A stretch of 56,172 nucleotides of DNA, the filler included, from Catajapyx aquilonaris (lineage: Eukaryota): NCBI GenBank assembly GCA_000934665.2. It is 2 parts of 2 records of this genome, joined end to end, with 100 filler letters (N's around TTAATTAATTAA, not from the genome) between each part and the next. Parts side by side here need not be neighbours in the genome. Positions count along the whole stretch, not along the records: positions 1 to 28,497 come from KZ539277.1; 1 more part is not named here. One strand, given 5' to 3'. Positions 11,969 through 22,100 of this stretch are shown piece after piece. Made by a program: the position numbers and the translations under genes. Below the pieces are notes generated by a model. The model made no database searches and had not been told where the DNA came from. It saw nothing but the letters and a program-made list of their open reading frames with translations. How positions within the stretch are numbered: position 1 is the stretch's first letter; each line of letters starts with the position of its first letter.

Positions 11969-14900
11969 TCACTGCTTCCTGCATGTAACCATAAGACGAT
12001 ATGGGGGTGGATAAATGAGTATTCCATAAGAGCAGTTCTCGAGGGAAGGTTGTTCATCGCCTGGCAGTGCAAAGTTGAATCTGTGCAATAGCATTGATGT
12101 GAACAAAAACAACTCATTCCTAGCCAGAACTTCTCCGATGCATGACCTCTTGCCTGCAAGTAATATATCGAGAATCAAGGCCATGCCATTAGCAGTTAAT
12201 ATTTCATTATCAAATGCCACTATGGGATAACAAATGTCAGTTACCTGAGCCAAAGATAAGGTAGGCATCCTGGCGTGTTAGTTGGCCGTTCTCATCCAAG
12301 AATCTTTCCGGTTTGAATTCTTCTGGTTTGTCCCAGTAACGTGGGTCTTTAAGCACTGAATAGATATTTGCCATAACTATAGTTCCTTTGGGGATGTGAA
12401 ACCCTCTAAATTCTGTAATCAGCCATGAATTGTATAGTCAATTCCACTCTCAAGGCAGCTTCACAAACTCGGCGTTGCAAAAGCGGGGCGTGTGGGCCTT
12501 CCGCTCATCGCACACAGAAAGTCCACCCGGTTGGACGCCAGCGCAACGCCCGCGCTCGGTCATCGCACGCAGCATTTGTGATTAGCCCTTCGCAAATTTT
12601 CCGCACTCCGCACGCCCCGCTCGCGCAAATCCGAGTTTGTAAAACGGGAATTTCGCAACGGTTTCGCAACGCCGAGTTTGTGAAGCAGCCTTTGCACACT
12701 TGGAATCAAAATTAATGTCAACTGCTATTACCAATATCTGTAGTTGTTGCATGAAGATCTCCGGCTGGTGCGTATGCTGGATAACGCATGGCTTCCAATA
12801 TGAATGCTTCCAAATAGCACAAGCTGTCATAAAATATAATTTGATTAGTGACATCTTATATTCCAAACAATATGAAGACCTCGGGGGAAGAACGATCAAG
12901 GTCCACTTTTCGTCTTTTTTGACAGAAGATAGTTTCACTAGTGTAGAATATGATGGTTTGGTCGTGGTTGTGGAGTAATGATCATAGGTCACCATGGAAG
13001 GCCACGAAAGTGGGATTTACAATGGAGCCTCATGGGCCTTCGAAATTTGAAATTGGAATATCTGTTTCACTTGAGGTGGCCCTTGATCGTTCTTCCCCCG
13101 AGGTCTTCATATGAACTACTAGCTGCGATATCCGTTCTTCGTACGGGGAAAAAAAGGATTCAGATTTATACAGAGATCTTTCCAGGCATTATTAAATGCA
13201 ACTGCTCATTCCCTTGCATATGCAGGCAATGGAAGGGTGTAAAAATTCTGGTTTGTTCTTGAATGATGATAATGCTTGGAAACAATGGAGCGTTCTCCGA
13301 TGCTGTCAAGCACAGTGTTTGAGATATACTGCATTTACTGAAAAGTGGCACGAGACCTAGGTATTCGGTGATCGGATGCGGCAGGGGGAAGCTCCCTCCA
13401 AACCCAATAAATAATTAATTTTCGGCATTTAGACTTGAAAAAGTGCAGTTTTCGGACTTCTTACTCAATCACATGCAGGTTTAGCATCAGTGTGAAAATT
13501 TTTCAGTGCTCTCAGAGGTGTGGAAGTGTGTTAGGTAGCCTGGACATAATATGGACGAACCTTCTCATTTATATATAGAGAATAGAGATGCTTTTAAAGA
13601 ATGAACCTTTTTCTGTGACTTATGCTAGGAGGAGATGCTGGATCACTGCCAATCACATCATCAATTTCTTTCTGAATCCTCTTCTGTATGTCTGGATAAG
13701 TTGCCAAGAAGTAAAAAATCCACAGAAGGGCTGAGGCAGTTGCTTCAGTCCCAGCACCAAACAAGTCCATGACAGTTGCATTCAGGGATCGCACTGATAG
13801 AAGTACATATTAATATGCATATTGTATTTGCTTATCAATCTTGAGGAAAGTACGAGGGCTGTATTAAAATTATTTACAATTTATTTTTTTTCCACAAATA
13901 CAGTGCCCGTACAGGTTGGCAGAGAGTCACACATTATCGAGAGAATCCTCCTGGACCTGAATGAACAGGAGTCATCAGTATGGCAACCTTTCCAGCCCCT
14001 CCAGGAACCATTTTTTGAAGGTTCGGCGCACCCTCTCCCGGAAAACTGCTTACAGTCAACAATGTCCTCGACATTGCATCAGTGAAGGTGTTTTTTTTCA
14101 TGGATCTGAACAGGTGAAAGTCACTGGGGGCCAAGCCAGGTGAGTGCAGCAGGTGTGGAAGCACCCAAACCCAGGTCCATGAAAAAAAAAACCTTTGCCA
14201 ACACCATTTTGAAGACACTGTTGTTTACGTTGTTGTTTGTGCACAGTTGTCCGGTAGTGGGTGCATTGCACTTCCAAAAAGTGGTTCCTGGAGGGCCTGG
14301 AGAGGTCGACACACCTGTGTTGGTAGTGCATTCGGCTCCTGGAGGATTCTATCTAATAATGTTTGACTATCTGCCGACCTGTATGGGGACTGTATTTGTG
14401 GCAAAAAAATTAATTGTAAATCATTTTAGTATGGCCCTCGTATTTATAATATTATGTTATTTGAAACTAGTTTTTTTTTCTATGAATCATACCTCCTTTT
14501 TCCCCATAAAAACTAGATTTTGGGTCTGTAGTCTTCTTAATCTCATCAATGTATACATCAGTGAAGTCACGTGGATTGCCTTCCTGCATTGTTTCCTGGT
14601 GTTCCCGAATAGTATCCAGGGCAAAGTTATTGACATTTCCCATGGCCTTCGTCATTCGATTCCATCCAGTCAGAGTTGGAAACATTTTGTATATATGGGC
14701 TGCATGGTAAACCATCCCTGTTAAAGGCTGAACTGCAAATGCACTGGCACGAGTAGACGACTTGTGAATTCATAATCCAATGCTAAAATATTTCAATTGC
14801 TTGAATGAGCACTAACCTCATCAGATCTGCTATCAACTTTTTCAAACGAGAGTCTTCTTGGTCGAATCTCTCTGATGTTACAATGCTCCAGAGTGAATTC

Positions 14901-15928
14901 ATGATTGGCAAATCAAAGAATCGAGTTCCGCACATGTCCACGATGCCCCCTGCCTGTTTGTCCAACATATCGCAAGCCACTTTTGCCTAATAATATTACA
15001 ATGATGGTGTGGAACAGGGTAATGCAAAACCAAGTGACAGTTCACAAATATGAAGTTGCAATTAGCAAAATGTACAGTACCTCTCGTGCAATATGTGATT
15101 CCATTGAGGTGCTGCCAAATCCAAGGCCCTTGAGTTGACGTGTTGAAAACTTCCTTTGCTCGCTCCAGTCATTTCCCGAGGTAAATACAAGCCCATGAAT
15201 TTGGTCTGTCCCTGCACCCGCCATGGCCTTGTAGATATCAAGTGGTGGACGATCATTGAATGCATCATCTTTCCATGCCTCTTTGATGTCCTTCAAGTTA
15301 TTTAACACTACCATCCTGTGGAAAATCATTGCAGTATTCACAAGTTGTACTGGGATTTATTAGTGATGATGAGCTAATAACCTGTGACAGCCGAGAGGAA
15401 CACTGAAAACCTCTCCATACTTCCATGCCAGCTGGCGTAGTGTTTCGTATGGATTCTTGCCTAAAAATGGGATGTAACCCACATGCGGCAAACCCCATGG
15501 ACCTGAAAGCAGGAATATTGTACTGTAGATGTATAAGTACGGTTTCTCAATGTAATGCAGCAAATACAGGGCACCTCAAAAATAACCTTACTGGTAAAAA
15601 TGTCTGACCAGGATAGTTAAATAAATAAATAAAATGAACTAATGAACGTATCAGTAGTATTATATTAAATCCAAGGTTACAAACACACAGATCTGACCAG
15701 CACTCCGTGAACTTCATTATGAGGAAAATGACAGGGGAGCAATATAATAGTCATCAGACATTCAGCATTTATGTTAGTAGCAAATGCTAATCCATAAATC
15801 TCTTGTAATTTTTCTGCCCTATTGTTGCACAAACCTGGCGGGAATCCTTTAGGAGCCCGGTTGACCAGCAGGGCGACGCTGACCAGGAGAATGACCAGAA
15901 GCAGCAGGCACTCTGACACCCCCACCAT
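11969..15928 (-). CDS. Microsomal cytochrome P450, CYP2 clan, 500 aa, 9 exons: 15928-15835, 15502-15382, 15315-15081, 14986-14817, 14743-14493, 13793-13607, 12823-12732, 12412-12245, 12153-11969
   Basis: N-terminal TM anchor with PPGPWGLP hinge, C-helix WSEQRKF, I-helix [11 protein letters not shown]-helix EAMR, PERF and heme motif FGSGKRSCIG. All eight introns are GT-AG with consistent phases; exons sum to 1503 nt. Confidence 0.96.
12453..12691. mobile_element. Harbinger-like MITE in P450 intron 7
   Basis: TIR AGGCAGCTTCACAAACTCGGCGTTGC / GCAACGCCGAGTTTGTGAAGCAGCCT and a CpG-rich interior. TSD unclear. Confidence 0.7.
12874..13108. mobile_element. MITE with 4-bp TSD (Sola-like), copy 1
   Basis: TIR GAAGACCTCGGGGGAAGAACGATCAAGG with ATAT on both sides. 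Copy 2 at 22428-23486 has an AAGT TSD. Confidence 0.8.
13853..14440. mobile_element. Mariner-derived non-autonomous element with long inverted arms (P450 intron 5)
   Basis: TA-CGAGGGC...GCCCTCG-TA termini. Minus-strand relic [17 protein letters not shown]; both arms resemble the transposase 3' end. Confidence 0.82.
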
Positions 15929-16179
15929 CCCGGCGCTTCTATCAGTTCGCTTCTATTGCGAAGTACATTTTCAGATCCCTCACGCATTAATTCAAGGCCT
16001 TCTCGCCGCATACGGACTTTGAACCATGTGCGTTATGTAATTATATCAATACCGTTTCGTGAACCGTATCCATCAGCTTCAAGTTTCGGCCGATAGTTGT
16101 CGCGATTTTTCAAACATGGCGGATCATTATTGGTTGGATAAATTTTGTAACATTATTGAGTTGTTTTAAGGCTTGATCC
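15929..16179. promoter_or_regulatory. Compact divergent promoter region between the P450 and RMC1
   Basis: Start codons are only 251 bp apart. The interval is CpG-rich and contains an AACATGGCGG motif. Confidence 0.6.
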
Positions 16180-19100
16180 ATGGCTGCAGGGGCACAGGAA
16201 GGGCGAGAAGGGGCCAAGGGAGAGGAAGAGGACGGCTACCTGCAGCTCTGCCCCTCCCCAGTCAGGTTCCAGCCATTCAGCCAGCTTGTGAATGTTTTCT
16301 TTGACCACGCCAACAAGCAGGTGCTGATGGGTTTATTAGTTACTAATTATATTTAGTTAATCAACATACCACTGAGACCTCTGTAAATTATGCATTTATT
16401 TTATGGTGTTTCAGATATTTGCGGTTCGCTCGGGTGGTGCGACTGGTGTTGTTGTGAAGGGTCCGCAGGATTGCAACAATGTGTCCTTTCGATTGGAGGA
16501 CAAAGGACCAGTCATGTCCATCAAGTTCTCCCCAGACCAGCAGATTCTGGCAGTGCAGCGGTGTAAAGTGTCGGTGGTGAGAATGAGCATTGGTCAAACT
16601 TGAAAATTGAGTTTGATGTACAGAAACCAGCCTTGGAAATGTGTAGGAAGCATGCAGCACAGCTAACGTGTTTATTTTGCAGGAATTCATAAATTTTTCC
16701 GGAGGGAACCCAGACACCAAAGAGTATTCGCAGTCATGTAAGGGAAAGAATACAGCAATCCTGGGATTCGTGTGGACGGCTGTGAATGAAATTGTGTACG
16801 TGACTGACCATGGACTGGAAATGTACCAAGTAAGTGAACCTTTCACTTCACCCTGTGTAAATACGACTGAAGCATTAGAGAGAGTAAATTTATTACCATA
16901 AGTTATACTGAATTTTTATTGCATTCTCTCTAAAGGTTGTACCTGAGAAGCGTGTGATGAAAGCCACCAAAACATATGCCGCCACTGTCAGATGGTTTGT
17001 ATTTTGCCCTGAAATCAATATCCTCATGCTGTCCATAGGCAGTGTGGGAAATGTGCTTCAGCCATGTCAGTTCAAACTCAACAACATTTACAAACTCAAC
17101 AAGTTTGAAGGTAAGGATTTAATTCACTCTTAGGTTACCGTGAAGCATTTGTGTATTCAAGTGTAAGATTGTAAATGACTTGGAGGAGATGACAAAACAT
17201 TCTGCAGCAAGTCATGAACTAGTTCTTGCTAAAATATGTTCTGTTTATGTAATCATATGTTTCCAAATTGCTTCCTTGTGTGAATATTTGCATTTCAGTT
17301 GACCTTCCGACAGTGCCACCAGAAACAAACAAAGCAAAAGTGGTGTTGCAAGAAAGAGATGTTACACTGGCAACTTTATATGGCCAAATGAGTGCACTAG
17401 TCCTTCGACATCAGTCAAAAGTGGTAGGCGGATCAGGAGCAGACATTATTGTGTACAACCTACAAAAGTAAGTTGGTCGATGGCTTTTTAAAATGCAGAA
17501 TTAAGGACAGAGCATTCATTTTCCTGCAGGGAAGGTAGTGATAGACGCAGCCACATACTGAAGCTGGACACCAGCGGTCGCTTTGCAGTGAATGTAGTAG
17601 ATAATCTGATCCTAGTGCATCACCAAGGGTCAAAAGTAAGTCATGTGTAGTGTCATACTAGATGAGTTTGAAGTTTTGCAAATTAGGCCAAACGCAATCA
17701 GGCTTCCATCTGGAATAATTAACCCCTTTGCTACCAGCTAGGCCGAAAACCCCTCGATTTTCCCTTACGCCTACTCTGAAGATACGGACAAGATATTTTT
17801 AAAATAATAACAGCTACATTTACCCATTCATGGAAAACACTATGTGTTTGAACAATTTTACTACTCTAGAAGTCCCTAAATTAATTTCCGAAAAGACCGC
17901 CTCAAAAACTCGAAATGAGAGTCCTACCGGCCAACTGTTAGGCTGATTTAATTGTGAAATATGCTAAAATATACAGAACAACAACCTTGAGAACCATGCC
18001 AGAGGAATTTGTTGAAATCGTGGTAGTTTGCGAGAAATAAATTAATACTTATTTGTGGCTTTTTGACACTTTGGAAAACTCCCAAATTGAATTGGAGTTT
18101 TCTGAAGTGCCAGTAAGCCGCAAGTAAGTTATTTATTTATTTCTCGCAAAGTACCAAGATTTCAGCAAATTGCTCTGGAACGGTTCTCAATGTTGTTGTT
18201 CTGTATATTTTAGCGAATTTCATAATTAAATCAGCCTAACAGTTGGCCGGTAGGACTCTCATTTCGAGTTTTTGAGGCGGTCTTTTCGGAAATTAATTTA
18301 GGGACTTCTTGAGAAGCAAAATTGCTCCCAACAGATAGTGTTTTCCATGAATGGGTAAATGTAGCTGTTATTATTTGTAAAATATCTTGTCTGTATCTTC
18401 AGAATAGGTATAAGGGAAAATCAAGGCGTTTTCGGCCTAGCTGGTAGCAAAGGGGTTAATGCTTTTGTTTACAAGTGACTACAGCCAACACTGCTGGTTT
18501 ACTCTGGCTCAGAGTTCCTAGTGACTTGTAAACAGATAATAAGTTTAGGTCTCAGAAAACTGTTATCCAGTTCTGTTTGGGTACTGACAGCTGAAAACAG
18601 TCATAGACTGAATGGATTCACTGGCCTGAAGGCCTCGATGGCTCCATGTGATTAATATGATTTTGATAGATACTTTGTTGTACTTGTAGACATCCATGGT
18701 GTTTGACATCAGCCTTCCTGGAGAGTCAGATGGCTACCTCACCTATCACCATCCCATCACAGTTGCTCTCTCCATAAAGCCTTTCAGGCTCAGGATTACA
18801 CCAGTTCCTATGCAAGGAGTTACTGACCCAGTGGAAGTTGACTGCGAGTTGTGTATCCTTTTAATTTCGATTGTACATGCATTTAGTTCTGAGGGTATCT
18901 GATATAGACAATTGTAAGCTCAATTTATTCTTAATATACACTGCAAAATTGAAGTATGGAAGTACAATAGAACCCTGATTATCTGTCACCCACGGAACTG
19001 GGTCTTTGTTGGATAACAAAAGAGGTCTGATAAGCTGAGGAGCAAAGGAAAACACGACAAGAAGCATACAAAATAATGAAATGATGTACAATATTATGCT

Positions 19101-22100
19101 TTTCTAAGAAATAGTGAAGTATTTATCTTTTACATACACACACACTGGTGTTTAAAATTTACCTAAGGCAATACAAAACAAATGATTAGTAGGCCTACAT
19201 TACAGTATTTGATAAGAAAACATACGAGGGGTGTTCCTCAAGTTCGCGCCTTTGGGTTGAAGGCAATGAGAGAAATGTTTCAAATTGCACCCATGTATTA
19301 GTCCTTCTCTCTATATGAAGCCTGCAAAGCCGCACATTTTTCCCAGCGATGCACGACTTGTGGGACACCATTATTGCCAAAATCAACACTTTGCGCTTGA
19401 AAAAAGTTTTCGATCTTGGTAAGGCTAAGGAATTGTTGGCGATGTTCCTCTCCGAAGATGGCGATTTTTTCAACCGGCTCATCATCAAGGACGAATGTTG
19501 GGTGTACCACTACGACCTAGAGACCAAATTACAGAACAAGCAATGGAAACACTAAAAACTCTCCACCGCCGCAGAAGGCCAGAATGCAGCCATCTGGAGA
19601 GGTTATGCCCAGTGTGTCTTTTGGGATTCCCGTAGATTTTATCACAACTCATTAGGCATGAAAAGGTCAGACCATCACAGGGCAGTATTATCAAGACCTC
19701 CTGTAAAAGCTGCATCACCAGATCAAGCGGAAGAGACGAGGAATGGTGACGCAAGGTGTGCACGACAATGCACCTGCTCATTCTGCCCATGCAACTGTGG
19801 CACTTGCTGGCCAGTTGGGGTACAGTGTTGGACATTAATCGAGGCATAGTGCTAGCAACATTTTCCGAAGCGGCAGAAGAAGGAATCTTGCTTGCCCGGC
19901 TTGCAGTATCCTTATCTTCGATTCCTTCTGCCGCTTGGGAAAATGTCGCTAGCAACATGCCTCGATTAATGTCCAACACTGTACAATATTCTGCCCCATC
20001 CGCCGTATTCCCCGGACCTTGCCCCTGGAACCTTCTTCCTCTTTTGCCACTTGAAGCAACCACTGTATTGGAAGCATTTTGAAAGTGACGAGGGGGTGAT
20101 CACAGAAGTTGAAAACAATTTTCATGCGCAAAGTGTCGACTTCTACAATGATCGTGTCCCTTCAAGTCGTGCATCGCTGGGCAAAATGGACTAATACGAG
20201 GGTCGTTTGGAAATGATCCGCACTCGATTTTTTTTGGCCACTACATGTACCTGCAGAGGCTGAATCACACTTGGGCTGCCTCAATGTATTCTCCACCGAG
20301 GTCGATGCACCGCTGCCACCTTCCTGGCAACTTCATGATCGTCTCACGGAACCAGTCTTTTGGTGCCCTCAAGCTGCATTGGCAAATCTTCATCCACGGA
20401 GGGGTTCCTTCATCTCGTCGAAAAGTCCATAGTCAGAAGGTGCCAGGTCCGGGGAATAGGGTGGGTGTGACAACACAGTGTAACCTAGCTCGAGCAGTGT
20501 TTGTGTCGTTGTGCGGCTTGTGTGAGGCCGCGCGTTGTCGTGCAGGAGCAACACCTTTCGTGCCCATTTCCCCTTGCGCCGTTTCTGAATCCTCCGACGC
20601 AGACGACGCAGCAGGATGCAGTAGGCAGCACTGTTCACTGTGGACCCCTGCTCCAGCCAGTCCAGCAGAAGAATTCCCTGTGCATCCCAGAACACTGTTC
20701 CCATCCGCTTTCCGGCTGACGGGGCTGCCTTGAACTTCTTCGGCCTCGGACTGCCAACGTGTTTCCATTGCATCGACTGGCGTTTTGTCTCCGGTGTGTG
20801 GTAGTGGAACCAAGATTCGTCCCCAGTGACGAGTCTTGCAAAAAACCCTGTGGGTTCTGCATCATGAATTTCCAGTAACTGTCAGCACCTCTGGACTCGC
20901 ACCTCTTTCTGCTGCGGGGTGAGATCACGCGGAACCCAATGCGCGCACACTTTTTTTAAAGCAAGATCCTCATGAATGATGACATGCAGGGTGGCCCGAC
21001 CTAGGCCAGTGTCAAGTTCCAGTTCATCGAATGTGATTCGACGATTTTCCATAATCAAGTCGTTAACCTTCCCCACCATGACAGCTGTCCGAGAAGTCGA
21101 CGGTCTGCCTGCACTAACCCCTTTTTCCACTGTGGCATGGCCTGCCTTGAATGCCTGGATCCAGTCGTAAACTGTTCTGCGGCCTGGAGCCAGCACTTCT
21201 CCACACACAGCCACAAGACGGTGGTGAATGTCCGCTGCTGTCACACCTTCTTTCCACAAGAACCAGGCTGTCCACCGTTGGCCGTGATGGTCGCCCTCCA
21301 TCTTGTCCACGCCAGTCTACACCCTCCCGCGTTTCAAGTGGCACTGTTGCTGACCTGATGCGGTGATTATGACAAACTTTTTACAGAGTGTAGGGTACAG
21401 TGGCCCCCACTGTTGAGATAAATGCCAACTTCGTGCAGCCACGTATGCTGCGACAATAAATCGAGTGCGGATCATTTCCGAACGACCCTCGTACATGTGT
21501 ACAATTGGAATCGTTTCTCTTATTTCCTTCAACCCAAAGGTGCGAACTTTATGAACTCCCCTCGTACATTTATTGCTGGAGTGGGACGGTTGGATAATCC
21601 GAGGTCAGAAAAATAGGGTTGTACGGTAGGTGAAGAAGTTGTGGATAGTTGACTCTCAATAACTACCTGAAAGCGAAGCAATAATAATCAGGCCCATATG
21701 CATTTCACAGGGTTGTAGCTTCTCTGAAACTGATTGTTGGGACTAACATTCTTTAAAATCTTCCCTTGCCACCTGTTGAATTGAGAACTGTGCTGCTTGA
21801 AATCGGTTTGATTGTGAAATAGGCTAATTGTAAACATTTTCATGATCATAACCTCTGTCCTTAACATATATTACAGACTCATCAAATTGGGTTGTATTCC
21901 AACCAAACATTGTCATTGACGCAAAGATGGGCTGCTTCTGGACTCTTGAATTACAGCTGGCTCCGTTCACCACCCTGATCCCTGACAAGTGTCGTCTGGT
22001 GGACTTTCTGTTGCAGAGGCGCTTGGGAAAGCCTGTTGTGTTGAGTGTCCTGAAATCGATGCTGGAACCCACTGGTGGACACAGCAACCAGCAGAGCATG

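Larger units (their letters stand above)
19225..21564 (+). mobile_element. Defective mariner element A with ~190-bp inverted arms and two nested insertions
   Basis: TA-CGAGGGGTGTTCCTCAAGTTCGC...GCGAACTTTATGAACTCCCCTCG-TA termini. Transposase relics KDECWVYHYDLETK, HDNAPAH and LGY/NILPHPPYS. Confidence 0.88.
18965..21626. mobile_element. Old pogo/Tigger-like MITE, outermost host of the nested mariners
   Basis: Degenerate TIRs TA-CAATAGAACCCTGATTATCTG and CAGAAAAATAGGGTTGTACGG-TA. Confidence 0.45.
18853..21876 (+). other. U12-type (minor spliceosome) GT-AG intron, RMC1 intron 7
   Basis: 5' splice site GTATCCTTTT at 18853. Branch site TCCTTAAC at 21858-21865, about 10 nt before AG 21875-21876, with no polypyrimidine tract. 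Splicing restores CEL-Y-SSNWVVF. Confidence 0.93.

Noticed and set aside
13510..13545. Alternative P450 exon 7 (ccag|G CTA CCT AAC ACA, RLPNT)
   Set aside because: Stop after about 9 codons and no ExxR motif; the true exon is 12823-12732.
14140..14724. 194-aa plus-strand ORF
   Set aside because: Antisense to P450 exon 5 plus mariner-derived sequence.
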